A stretch of DNA of 64,000 bases from Phoronis australis (taxonomy: Eukaryota; Animalia; Phoronida), in the NCBI GenBank assembly GCA_002633005.1, contig NMRA01000194.1, positions 561,074 to 625,073 of the forward strand, given 5' to 3'. Positions within the stretch are counted from its first letter, which is position 1. The number at the start of each line of letters is the position of its first letter. Under the pieces are notes generated by a model. The model worked only from the letters and a program-made list of their open reading frames with translations. It was not told the origin of the DNA and did not search any database. The translations under genes were made by a program, and so were the position numbers. Positions 25,303-38,400 of this stretch are shown here, one piece after another.

Positions 25303-26584
25303 CATTTATTTTAAGTTAAAACTTGAGAATTTTAATTTCGAATCAGTATTTTTGTACTCCGCTTATTTATTTTGTGGAAATTTCCGCAACGGCTTGATCG
25401 TAGAGTTTATTATTCACCTTCAGGTACGTATTTATGAGAGAGCATTGGACGAACAGGATGTCGGATGGTTGTTGAGTCAGGGAGAAAACAGAATCTGATA
25501 ACTACACGCGAAATTTTGCTTGAACAGCGAAACAATTTGGTGCAATTCGCAATTCACTGGGTAGCGCTTCTGAAGCACAGTCAATGCATTCTGGAAGTCC
25601 TAATCTCACGAACCGTGCTACTGGCAAACAATTCGTATTTTCAATCTGGATACTAAAGCCAGAACGCTATGATCATCATTAACGCTACCTAGTGATCATC
25701 GCCTCTCTCTTATTATGTATTTGTAAGCCAGCTTGATTTCAAAATCGGCGAAAATTGGCAATGTGCAATAAAATCACAAAAAAAACAAAGTATATTGTTT
25801 TCGAATGTGTTCTTCACCTGTACATCGACACAAAGACTTTTGGGAATGCTTGAATATGAAAGAGTACATAATTTCAAAAACAAGAAATGACTGTCAAGAG
25901 ATACTGTTGTCAGGACTGGCTTCTGTAAACGCAAAAACACACACGAGATATTGCCAAGCATTACAAACACGGGAGGCCTGTATCAGGCATGATGTACTCA
26001 ATGCACCCAAGAAAAATATTGCGGTATGAGATAATCCAAGCCATTAGTTAAAAACTACGGACTGTACATCACCACAAAGAATATAAAACCGCTTCCTGCT
26101 CAATATGATTCAGGGTTGGCCAATGTAACACTATGCCAAAGTTCACCGCAGAATGCGTTTAGTTTTTGTCAAATTTGTTTTTGAAACATCAAACGAATAA
26201 ATGCATTCCATTAGCAATAATATTTATGTGAAATTCGTTATTAAAGCTAAGCTAAACACTTCCTTAAAAACAAATCAACTGGAAAATATAATTATCTAAC
26301 TTGGGTATAAAATCCGTAACTAGTTTCAAAGCAAACTGCACCGAGAAGTTATCCCAATCGCTTTGGTTACGGAATGCAAATTTTTTCTTGCACATAAACT
26401 AAATTTGTTCTAAGTGAATTGACGGGCATTTTGTCACCTATATTGGCCAGTTGCAACCTCCAGATGTTTTCAAGTCCGTCAGGTGTCACCTCTGTGAGCG
26501 CTTTTGCTTGTTGCTTGGTGAAATCAAATTTCTCAAAGTATCTTGCCTGCCCACCGAGTTCATTTCTCCAAGTATGTTCCTTTG
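25303..26584 (+). repeat. Second copy of B+A joined directly (probable alternative haplotype)
   Basis: Starts right after the N. The junction ACACGGGA|GGCCTGTATC lacks the ~2.8 kb present between B and A in copy 1. Confidence 0.85.
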
Positions 26585-28479
26585 ACGTCATTTTTTACTA
26601 GGTGAAAGGAAATTTCTCCAATTCTTTTGTTCGTTTGTTTGCATGCTTCACATATTTTTTCCACAAAACGTTTATCGAACCCTAGTCAAAGATTGCCCTA
26701 GTGTCTTTGGTTGAAAGTAGACACAACGGTAGGATTTTAAGAAAAGTCTGTAGATAGACCATTTCAAGTGCTACATAAAATATGCAATTTGTTTTTCTCT
26801 AGGACTATGTCTTTGCGTTACAATCACGGCTAATTAATTGCATTTTCGATTCTTTTTATTTAGTCAATAGTTCGAAGACTCTGAATTGCGGGCGAAATTG
26901 AACACAAGATGGCGCTGTGACGAACAATTTTGAATAATATTTTTGGAGCTCTAGCTCAATTTTTTTGTAAATGGATCTCCCCAAGGGTCATCTGCAACGT
27001 CTTATTGGTTTCTTACTGCGGCATACCGTTCACGAGATATTCGAGTTTTTTTACTGTCTTTTTGACTAATTGTCAATGCAGTTATAATTTACTTTGCGTA
27101 ATATGCGTCGATTTCATAGTTGTTGATGTTCTTGGTTTTGTCGTCGCCGTCACCTTTAAATTTGCGTTCCATTTTGGCAATTGTCGCTCCTCAGAATTCT
27201 TTCATGTTTTGTTTGTTCAAACGCCACAGGCACTGTTCTTATTCGATGAACAGGGAATTTTGTTCATGACTGGAAGTATATTGTTTTTCATTGAAAGCGA
27301 ATTTAAAATGGCGTTGCGGCAATCATTTGTCGATTTTTTTGGTTTGCTGAGCTATAGCTCTACTGGCCCTGAAGAATTGTTCTGAAATAGTTTTGTGGCT
27401 AGATCTGTTGTAGAGCTATCGGGAATGTGCCAACTGGTTTTTCTCTACGGCTAACCGTTCTCGCATTATTTGAGACTTTCTGGTGTCTGCTCGTTGACTG
27501 ATTGAGTATTTTGAAGGATCTTTCTGAAATTCTGCCAATGAATAGTTCTCGACCAGCGCTATTCGCCTTCTGCCACCCATTTTTCTCTCCGACTTACCGT
27601 TTTCGATCGAGTTATTCGAAGTTTATTGGCCAGGTTTTTTATTGATCAATTCCTCGTTGCACTACAGTTGGTTTTATCACCCGTGCTGCAAATCGATATT
27701 GATCTTCTTGGTGTTTCGTACCTTTCAAAGTCGACAATTAAGGGATTTTGTCTAGTGTTGTGCAGTGTGAGTTAACGGATTTCAAAACTAATCAACTATC
27801 AAATTTCAGACTACTTCCCACAAGCGTCCTCCCTTGAGAAGAGGTCCCACCTATTATCCACCACGGGGGGTAACCCCGAAGGATACCGCAAACACCTGCG
27901 ATTTTATGAAATCGATATCTTATGTTTTTACGGTGAAAATTGCCCCAACATTTGTGGGCAGGTAATTGATTCGAGGGTGTTGAATGAAAATAATGAGTGG
28001 TAAAAAACAGCCACCATTAGAATGATTGAACTAATTAACTATTCTGCCTTTTCTTGGAACTGAAATTGAACGTAATTCGTTGAAACTAACATGATATCAA
28101 CTTTAATTTAGTGTCCAGTGTTAATTAATTAGTTATTCTGTATATATACATAAACACACATTCACACACAGACACACAGANTAAAATGATTATTTTGTTT
28201 CTAATGTTAAGTTACAATACTTGACGTAAATCAAGATACACGGATGATTTAGTTCGTTAGAACGTGAGCGCACTGGAGTAATTCTAACCAAAACTCATGG
28301 CATTTTCCTTTTTTGTGAGAATGTAAGAGTTTGCTTTTTCGTTGCAGTTGTACAGTGCAGCCCCCTGTTGGTATCTAGAAGAAATACATGTACATGTTAC
28401 TGGCTGCACTTGATTCACGCCTACGCTTACAATCAAATCAAAAAATGTCGTAGCCTGTCCACCTGGCTGAGCCGGCTAC

Positions 28480-28635
28480 AAATAATTACTTTACGCCTTT
28501 AAAAGTTAATTTGTGCCCTTAAAAGTTACTTTAAGCCACAGATAATTACTTTACGTCGCAAATAATTACTTTACGCCTCTAAATTATAATTTATTTACGC
28601 CTCTAACAAGAATTAACTTTGACGCGTAATTTACG
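28480..28635 (+). repeat. Degenerate ~20-bp tandem array (AATAATTACTTTACGCC)
   Basis: The unit recurs several times with variation. Confidence 0.65.
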
Positions 28636-28700
28636 TGCGTAACGTTTACCCAGTTGACCAAGGCTAAACCGGCGGCGTGAATGAAGTGTAGCGTTTTTAA

Positions 28701-30381
28701 AGGAGAATGCCACCCGATTTAATTAGTCTTTTTTGCCGTCTTAATCGGTCTACATCCACATCGCCTCGCATACGGTCGACCTTACCTTGCCAAGAAGTGT
28801 CGCGTTAACCTGTGAGGAAGGTGAGAAACGACGCTAGCGACGTCAGTGGTTCATATGCAGAGTGAATGCCGCTATGTTGCGGTGCATCGTTCCTGCTTGT
28901 CCGAATTAAGCAGCTGCGAGGAAAGCGGGTATATCGTTTTTTTTTTTACTTCCTCGAGAGTCCGAAATGCTTAGGAAGTGGCTCATGGTAGTGAAAAATG
29001 AAGTGCACGCTGTAAATAGCAAGTATGAGGCCGTGAAACACCTCCGTGTCTGTGGCCTGCAGACATAGACAGTGCCTTCATGACGAATGCCGGTTTACCA
29101 AATAACTCCATACGTTCCGTTGTCTGAGCTTGTTCACGGCGCCCCTCCAGTATTTCTCCATCACTGTATTCTTGTTCGGATTGATAGCCTGTAAAACTTA
29201 ACGATCCACCTGCGAAGTCGGGACTGATGAGCTCTAGCTCGTCCTAAGTCGGGATTGCGAGTTGCCATGTTGGCGTTCTTACTGCGCGTTCTGTTTCAAA
29301 ATGAATTATTCTCACTCTAACCAATACTTATATAAAACTGAAACAACGTCTGTCTCATTAGATGCAATTTGTTATGCCTTTGGAGTGTTCGTGAGTGCAA
29401 ATGATTTGAGAAGCCAGTAATGAATAAATCACTGCGTTACCGGCTTTAGGTGCAATAAAACTAATTGATGGGACACCTAGGCCGTGTGAGCTCATGCTAA
29501 TTTAGTGTTAGCTGGCAGAAACTGTTGTGAAACAACTCGATTTCCATCCCTCGGCCAGGTGTTAGGGGAATCTTTATTCACATTTAAATTACTCAAATAA
29601 TGATTGTCAATGTACAACTTCTGCCCTGACCTTCGGTGCTGTGGCCAAAGCGGAACCTGAATTCGCGGCCCCCGACGAGTAAGTAGATTTGCAGTTTCGT
29701 GGCTAATTCACCAACATAATCAGGTGCACATTACTTTGGCTCACTAGTATAGTATTTTCTTGACTGGAAGTTTAGTTTCCACTGAACTTTGGTTGGTTTA
29801 TGTTCGTGATGTCTGATCAGTTTCCGAGCCACTGGCGGGGATAACGAGTCAATCCGGCCTGACGGCCGCGACGGGCCTGATCGGGCTCCGAGCCACTGGC
29901 CAGGCTAACAAGCGTTTTGTGTTTAGAACTCACAAGTCTAAACAACACAGATCTAGGTTCTCCTGTCTGTATCTCAGGGAAAATACTTCGAAATTATCTC
30001 CGAACAGACCCCAAACTCCATTCAGTGGCCTGCCGAACTTTGTAAGGCTACGGTGTATCCATATACCAATAAATCCGTAGGAGCGAAATAAAACAACACG
30101 TTTTTATCAGAAGTCGGTGTATTTTTATGGGTTTTACATCGATGTTTGATGATTTATTGGTGTTAAACGATGACTTCAAGCGATAAGCTGACACCAGTAA
30201 CCCGTGTTGTGAACTGCTGAACAGCTACACTGCGTGTGAAACCGATATCGTCATTGGATAATTTCAACACCTCCGTCTGCCGTCAGGTGTCAGGTAACGC
30301 AACCGAACGTGTCGTTATGGAGTAGAATTACTCGATCTAAATTGATACAAATTAGGTTGTTTTTTTGGGTGGCATGCCCCT
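28701..30381 (+). mobile_element. Non-autonomous Kolobok-like DNA transposon (1681 bp)
   Basis: TTAA|AGGAGAATGCCACCC ... GGGTGGCATGCCCCT|TTAA: 15-bp imperfect TIR, AG..CT termini, TTAA target duplication, internal THAP relic. Confidence 0.8.
28874..29062 (+). pseudogene. THAP zinc-finger relic inside the Kolobok-like element
   Basis: MLRCIVPACPN*...GISFF(frameshift)LPRESEMLRKWL...HLRVCGLQ follows the THAP C-x4-C...F-x-x-P...W...C-x-x-H pattern, with a stop, a frameshift and loss of the His. Confidence 0.75.
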
Positions 30382-33300
30382 TTAAAGGCTTCATCGTCAA
30401 ATGACAAATCGCAGTCGTCGGACATTGGCGCTTTGTAAAATTATTTTGAAAATGATAATATTAAAACTAATTAAATTTACGAAGAAAGCTAATTCAAGAA
30501 AGCACAGTTGTTTTACCCCTTCCGTTGCATGCAAACTTGTTGTTAATTGCCCTGTTAATCAGTGCATCAGCGTGGCGATTTCATGACATTTTGAACACGC
30601 AGAAGGGACAAATTTCTGTCAAATCGAACTTAGACGCGATACTTCGGTGAAACGGGTGTTTCATTTGCAGTTTCATCAACGGATCAAATGTACATGTTCA
30701 TTTTTTATTTCTTTTTGTACATAATTAGCATATATTCTACATATGAACGTGAAAGAAACGTGTCTGAAGCCGCTATAAACCATAGTCTGGTATCAAAACA
30801 ACATTCTTCACCGCCGCGTTTACTCTCCCAAATCAACGCTAATGTGCTGCTGTCCTAGGCCTGTGACGGCCGTACTGCGTCGGCGGCTGAAACTAACTGG
30901 CCGTGATAAACAACCTCAGTTCTTCTCAAGTCTAGAAACGAATTTGAAAAGGGCGAGACTAATTTCATAAAGGCAAGCGGCCTGAATCAAAAGCTATTTC
31001 TGACAGAAGGTGCGAGTTTATTGCATATTTCGATTCAAGCTCATTCTTGCTCGTCAACATTTGCACTTCCAACTGAGCGTCGAACAAATCGTGTAAAACT
31101 GTTGAGTTCTGCATCAGCAATATTCTAGACTGTGAGTGTCAGGAGTACAGATGGTTAGCAGTAGATTAAGTGCCTACGCGAAAATGGGGGAATTCTAAAC
31201 CTTTGCAGTTGCAGCTAATAATTAAATTAAACCCACTCGTTCGGCATGTAATAAACGTCAAATGAAATTAAGTAAATTTTGCAAATTGTTGGCGTGCAAA
31301 AATAAAAATTCCAATTTCTCAACTTGGCGGTAGTAGTACCGGGATCCCATTGTCAAATGTAGAGATTAATGCTTGGTTGTATGAAACAGTCGTAAATACG
31401 GACACGGCTATGTTCCTTAAAATTTGACTGCCCTTTCTTATGTTGTTTTATTTTCGTCAATGGGTCAATTGTTTGCTTTAATACAAACAAAGATTGAACT
31501 CTGTGTTGAACTTTCAGTAGTATTGAAAATGAATAGGGATCTTTTCAAGCAAGCCCCTCCCCTAATTTAAGGACTAAGTCCCTATTTATTTTCATTGAAA
31601 TTGGGGTTCAGTTTTTAGAGATATTATAATTAAAATGTCGTTAGTCAAAAAGGAGCTCATAATCAAGATAAAATTATCAAAAACATAAAATTTGTGAGTA
31701 AAGAACGATGCATTTTTGCAGAAGATAAGGGAACTTATAGTTGAGTCTCTATTTGGGACTGTTTCGTGCAACCAGGCATAGGAATACTAAAAACATTACG
31801 TCAACAGAGGTTCAAGGGTGAAAAATAACTCTTAACACAGTCACGCACATTACAACACACAGCAAGATCTCTTAACACGCATAAAAGGCCCTTACCACGG
31901 AACTTGAACTCGAAGCACACTCGGCAGTTCTTGCCACGAACAAGTTCGATTGCAAGTGATCGAAGCCCGCGACCCACTTCTATGTATCGTTTTTCGGTTG
32001 TTTCCTGTAGATATTTGTCAGTGGTAAAAGTACCGGAGTGTGGTTGAATTTCAGTGTCCGTGTTAAGGTTTTTTTGTATGTGGTAATAGATTTTGTGATG
32101 TGCGGTAAGGTCGGGAGACCTTGATAGCGGTTGGTTACCACAGTGGTAACATCGCATCAGCTGTGATTTTGAACGTACACTCGTTCGATTTTATTGTATT
32201 GCATTTCAAATGTTACTGCTATATTTTGGGCCGGTAACACATGTCAAAAATTGTCGCTGTTGGCACACTCTCCTGGATAACTGTTCACAAAATTGTCGAA
32301 ATTCTAACAGTTTAGGTTTAACTGTGCCTTATCTTTGAGTATACAGTTCTTCTATCGGGAACAAAATATGCTCGCTGAGTCGATTGTAGAAGATGATAAC
32401 GCGGTGTCGTAATCTTTGCACGTTTTTTCTGTTTCATTTTATAATTGCTCGCAAAATGTGCTTGCATGCAAAATTAACAAAATTAAAGTTCAGAAACCCG
32501 AGGCTTAGCAATGAGTACCAAATCGAAGTGTTTGTCATTTTCTTGCACCAGACAAGGAGGTTGTCCGTTCCACTATTGCAGACGATTTTCTGCCACAGGT
32601 TCCCGCCTTCCCGAGAACAGATTTGCCTTCCCGAATCGAAAGCCCACAGATGCATGGCGACATCTTTCGAAGACTTTTGTGATCTTAATTTCGTTTTCAC
32701 GAATTTCTTGCGTCTACAGAACGCAACCCGGATCACACATAGGTGCCATGGAGAGACAGTACACGCAGGCATCTGATGATCCACAACGCAAGGGCAAAGT
32801 GTAAACCGATAACTGATCGACCGCATTTTATTTGCTTGACAGACACTTCGAATAGTGATTACCATGACACGAATGATACAGTTTCTTTAGCTAACCTCCA
32901 AAACAAACTGTTATTTTGTCTAAACACCAGATAAATAAGACAAATCGATCACACTGTTTGCGAAGTGCCTCGCAAGCACTCGGATAAGCCGGTTATTTTT
33001 GGTGAAGGTTAACTGATGAAATGACCCATTTATGACGATACGTCAAGTCATGCAGCATTACAAAGTTTTAAGTGCTGTAACCTTAAGAGCGAAATTATGA
33101 TAGACTAGAATTTCATAAACGCAACGACATCCATGCGTCTCGATCGCATATCCCAAACCGAAATCAAGAAGAGATGGTCTTATGTCCGGTGTTTTTATCC
33201 GTGGGCAGGGTTGATGGATTTTACTTGCTGATATCCTGACGTGAGACGATTCTGATAAGGTTTTGGTGTAGGTGATGCCAGTTCACGAACAATAAAAGTT

Positions 33301-34276
33301 GGATTCCGCACGTAAATTCTTTTTTGGTCAAAATCTAACTTCATGTTTGTTATTTATTTCCCCAGGTTTGGGCTCAGAGGAACGAAATTGGTGCTTTTAA
33401 TCTGTGGTAGTGGAAGAACAAATTTATTCTACAAACGTTCTTTATCATTTTCCTGATGATATTCATCTCACATTGAGTAACAAGACATTTGCGTCGTCTC
33501 CGCCTTTCGTCCGCCTACCACTTTTGTAGGGCGAACCCCATCGATTTCCGTAAGGATCAGTCACATGTCTGGCGTGCCAATTTGCCCTCAAAATCGACAA
33601 TTTGACCAACTAAATCGACAATTATTCCCGGAATTGTCGCAAAGAGCAACCTTCCGAACGTAGGCCCGTGAGGTGATATTCAGAAAAGAATCCGAACGTG
33701 GATTCATAAAGAGTTCCTCAAAATGAATAGTATGTGAGACTGTAAAAAAAAGAAAACCAATGCTTTATACACGTTTTACTGTCAACCATCTGGGTCCTGT
33801 TTAATAGATTGTATACCAGTTCAGGACTGATCTTGAATGCCGATGTTGCCCGGAATGATGATGTCCTTGAAAACCTATCGATAACACTTAAGGTAACCGT
33901 GAACCTCAAAACAAAAAATACGAAAAATTGTTTTTGACAAATGCCTAGTTCTTTATTATCTTGATTTAGCCTTTTATAGCAATCGAAATGCTTTCAAAGA
34001 CATTCTATTTAGAGGTTTTTCACCAACTTTCCTCCGTCGCATCTCTTCTATTTCTGTCAATGATTTAGCTCTGCCCAATGACCCAATTACACGATCGACA
34101 ATTTTCGTGATCGGCCGAGCACTACCGAGCATTTTAAGGTTACCGTCATTTTTGTAATAGTTGACGTTCATTCATAGGACTTGTAAATCGTATCTGAAAT
34201 ATACAAAAATGTAAGCAATGGCGTAATCCGACGAGAGTTTATATTTGCAAGCATAATAGCCAGTAACTGCGATTTA

Positions 34277-34323
34277 TATCATTCAGCAAGTTCACTGATG
34301 ATCAGTGAATTTGCTGAATGATA
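34277..34323. repeat. 47-bp near-perfect palindrome
   Basis: TATCATTCAGCAAGTTCACTGAT-G-ATCAGTGAATTTGCTGAATGATA: 23-bp arms with one mismatch. Confidence 0.9.
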
Positions 34324-34527
34324 CATGCATTCGGCTTTGCAGTGTATTTCACACCTCCAAAATGCCGGACTTTGGGATCCAAGTCAACTGCACGCCAAAT
34401 ACGGATTTTTGTCTACCGCCAAGCATTAGTTATGGAAACCAGAAACAACACGATACTCGGTTAGTAAACTGATACTTCGGTTTCCCGACTGGGAACGCCG
34501 GCCCAGTGAATTGCGATTATATAAAAT

Positions 34528-35030
34528 CTCGCTGGTTCCCTGCTTGTCCGCTAGGGGGTGGAGGACACGCAGGTATCCATTCAGTAACACGCGCTTTATC
34601 ACTGGTTGATGTGACCTCGGCAGTCATTGGTTAGCTCTACAACAAAGAAAAAACGGCGGACTGTGAACGATTCTTAGCCTTCTCATGCAAGTGGCGTGAC
34701 AGCAAATTTTGGTGTTTCTGCAGTAAAGCTTAAAAGCCGCGTGCTTGAAGCACATAAGTACAATGCACACACATCTGACCGATTAAACCAGTGTGTTATT
34801 CATGCCGTGTGAATACAGGACAGCAACGTAAGCAAAAATCAGCGACAATGGAAAAATGTACACCGAAAAGACACAGCCACAACATTTTTTGAACATATCC
34901 CAATATAAGTACCGATTTGTCTGTACAACAAACTACAAACTATATCCACATTTACGCTCCCTCCATATCAGTCATGCCAATTTGTTTACGTGTCCTCTAC
35001 CCCCTAGCGGACACGCAGGGAATCAGCGAG
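34528..35030. mobile_element. 503-bp MITE with ~42-bp TIRs and 9-bp TSD (Mutator-like)
   Basis: CTCGCTGGTTCCCTGCTTGTCCGCTAGGGGGTGGAGGACACG pairs with CGTGTCCTCTACCCCCTAGCGGACACGCAGGGAATCAGCGAG. ATATAAAAT flanks both ends (34519-34527 and 35031-35039). Confidence 0.88.
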
Positions 35031-35093
35031 ATATAAAATCAGACCCTCGATTATCTCCGATAAAATGAACGAAAGCTCACAGTTTTGGGAACT

Positions 35094-35273
35094 AAATTGA
35101 CCTATCGCCGGGATTTTGACTGAAAACTTAACTGACCATTTAGAACGCAACATTATGGACACACCTTCGTTTCCAAGCCGCCATTTTGCCGACAAACAAC
35201 ACGATGACGCGTAAAACTTATTGGTTGTTAGTCGACATTACGCAACGGGGCGGAGCTTGCGATAGGTCAATTT
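35094..35273. mobile_element. 180-bp MITE with 15-bp TIR
   Basis: AAATTGACCTATCGC ... GCGATAGGTCAATTT. A diverged inverted copy lies at ~48270-48433. Confidence 0.8.
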
Positions 35274-37754
35274 GTACAAGAAAGGAAACCAAGAAACCAA
35301 GAGACAGGGTTATAGTTCTTTTTCGTAATGGGAAAGTGGTTCTAAGTAGCAACAGAAAATTATGGCTAAATCTTACCCCGGCTCAGTCATTTCTCGACCA
35401 ATCTCGCAGCGCAATTCTCTCAGTATTTTTTTCTATGTTCTTCGAAAATTCTCCATAATTTCTGTTCTGTATTTCATTTACACTACGTCCACGTTGTACC
35501 AACCCTTCTGAATAAAGGCACGTTGACCTAGTTCGGCTAAATGACATACAAACTCCGCCCACAGTTATCACGTGATTCTGAGCATTCGGGCAGACTCGAT
35601 TAGGTCGCTAAAACTGAACGATTATTCCTAAATTTCTGCATTGCGCAATACCCAAATTAACCATACGTTGAAGTCATAAATGTCCTGCCGAGTAATTGTG
35701 AAAATTGCTAGTTACCACCATCAAGAAACTCCTGAAAAATCTGATATGATGTCGAATGTGCACTTCTCGATCACCGCCGTTTGTTATTGCCGATTTCTCG
35801 CGTTGCGATTTTGTAATTTACTTCAATTTTTGAACGTGAATCTCGATTTAGGTCCTAGTTTCTCGGAACGAAGCCTTCAAAAATTAAGAATACGGACGTT
35901 TTTACTCAAAATGCCCTAAAAATGGATAATTAATTAAAAAGCTGAGACCTATTTCAAAAACCTGAGACATGGTTCCTTCGAAAATACCGTTAGGAACATG
36001 TTGACAAAAGACCAAAATGATTGGAGGAACAATATTTTTAAAATCTGTGTTCAAAGTCAAAAACAATTTTTTACTGAAAACGTATATGGATTTTGTTAGG
36101 ATATTTATTCACCTTTCAGAAAAAATATAGAGTATAGGATATTTGCACATAAGTACAACCTGGTAAACAAGGTTCACACCGTAAAATCATGGTTAACTTA
36201 TTGTTATTTTAGATTCCCATTTTGTTCTTATACAAATTTGATTGCCTATTGGTCACATGTTTGCTATTTTTGTGCATAAGAACGATTAGCACTTAACAGG
36301 ATTGTAAGTGGAAATCACCTGTAAATACTTTCCACTTCTTGCAACCGACAATAAGTGTCTTGAATGATCGCGAAAGTGCGCCACATTTCAGCTATTGGAC
36401 CACTCTGTTCTTAAATTAGAGGAAAAGCGTTCTATATAAGCAAGTGTCCTTTCATCAACGCCCAACACGTATTTTGAAACTGGGATCCAAAAGCAGAAGC
36501 AACCGTGCCTGAGACACGCCGCCGCTACCGACAGCGTAATTAGTAAGTTCGCTTTACAGCACACGCCGGTCTTATTTGGGCGTTAACAATGTAAGGTGGT
36601 AGAAAAAACGGAAATTTCCGAAAATGGACATATGAGCTGATATTCGGAAAACGATTTTTCAAAAACGTCAAATGAAACCGAATAGGCCTCCGGGCGTATT
36701 ATCGAAAAGGGGGTGGGTCAGTTTTGTCTACAAAGGTTAATTGTGAAATTTTATTTCAAATAAACACGTCCTTTTTATTGTACGCAGTTGTATCTCAGTA
36801 ACTTGTAAGAACTTTATTAGCCCATCTTATTTCGAATTCAGCAACGACAGTGCGTTAAAACGGTCCTTTACATTGTGTTAATACAGCTTGTTACCAGCAA
36901 AGTCACCCGATATATCCCTAAATGACAGTCATTTGAGAGAAATTGCGATCCCGTACTTTTGGAAATTTTCCGAACATACGCCCATGGGTGTACTTTTGGG
37001 TGAGCCTTGATTTTCTACAATAAATGAAATTTTCGATCTCAAAATAGTGCCCTCCTCATCTGAATTACAATAACGCGCACAGGTGCTTGGTTTTTGCTGC
37101 CCGACCAATACAGCGACGTTTCCCATGACAGGCCACGTATCTTTGCCGCGAAAAAAAAATCCTGACTTCACTGCTAAATAGACTTTAAATTCCAATTATT
37201 TAACAAAACATATAAACTTGAGAAAAGTTTACTACAAATATTTGCCGTTGTCTAAGATTTTGTTTGAAAAAAGCTCCGAGATCGAAAACCCCAACTGTCG
37301 CTGATGGAGGAGTGTAGTGAGCAGCAGTTCATTAGATCAATGTCGGTAATGAGAAACTATTCTAGTGGCAGGAGTATGACGCAATATTTCTTTTAATTCA
37401 TGATCTTACGAATTTCAAGTATTCAAATCCCACGTGCAGTCAAGCGTTCGTCCCGCGCGGTCGGAGCCGAATTTTCCGCCGGGGTTCAGGAAATACAGCC
37501 GATATGAACGCATCTGGCTTAATAAAAGGTCTTCCTCATTACTAATTCAACTATGTATTCTAAGAACTATTCCTTCGCTCACTGTTCAGACTATATGTAA
37601 GTCGGCCTCCACCAGCATGAAATCGCCGGATACTCAGATGGAAAATTAGAAATCTGTTAACTTTTCCAACTTACGGATTTCGTTAGAATTAACTTTCTGT
37701 AAAACATGTTTTAACCCCTTAATAACACAAATTTGAAGACGTGTGCCAGACGCA

Positions 37755-38400
37755 AAACAGGACCACCGGTCCTCCAAATCGGACTGACTCACCACAAACA
37801 GGACCTACTGTAGGATAATCAAATGGGACTTATGGACCAGAAGATGAGACTGCTACACCTAAAAACATGAACGACCCACCTCAAAACAGGACCGCTGGGG
37901 ACTGAACATGACCTCCAATTACATATAAACAATTGAAAGAAGGTCCAACCATGTACAATAATTTTGCTAACTAGATTGACTAGGCCTTAAGGAGCCCAAA
38001 TTACTCCGGCACTTGAAATCGACTCAGTAAAAAGAGGCTCTTTGCAATGCATTATGCTTCGTTAATCAATGTTCGAGTCTAGTCTGAACTGTTTATGTAT
38101 ACCGTAGGTAACTACGAATCATTATATTTTGAAATTTCGTCTGTTTTGCAGACTATTTTGATTCGTGTCAACTATTAAATTTGTCCAATTTGACGTCTTA
38201 GTCCAGTCAAAAAATAGTCATAACCAGTATCACACACAGGCATCGACAACATTTTTTCAGGCGGTCATGTTCGGTCCCCAGCGGTCCTGTTCATGGGCGG
38301 CGCACCATAGGGGGCTTGGGGGGGGGGGCTATATTTTTACTTTTTTCAGTGCTGCGCCGCCCATGCCGGTAGTCCTGTTTTGGGTCCGGCGGTCAGGTTG
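37755..38400. repeat. Element with diverged inverted subterminal repeats (AACAGGACC units)
   Basis: AACAGGACCGCTGGGGACTGAACATGACC (~37885) is the reverse complement of GGTCATGTTCGGTCCCCAGCGGTCCTGTT (~38263). Confidence 0.65.
38292..38365. mobile_element. 74-bp mini-MITE with 13-bp TIR, nested in the previous element
   Basis: CATGGGCGGCGCA ... TGCGCCGCCCATG around a G-run. Confidence 0.75.

Noticed and set aside
29220-29260. CTGATGAG as a hammerhead ribozyme core
   Set aside because: No GAAA after stem II and no closing stems.
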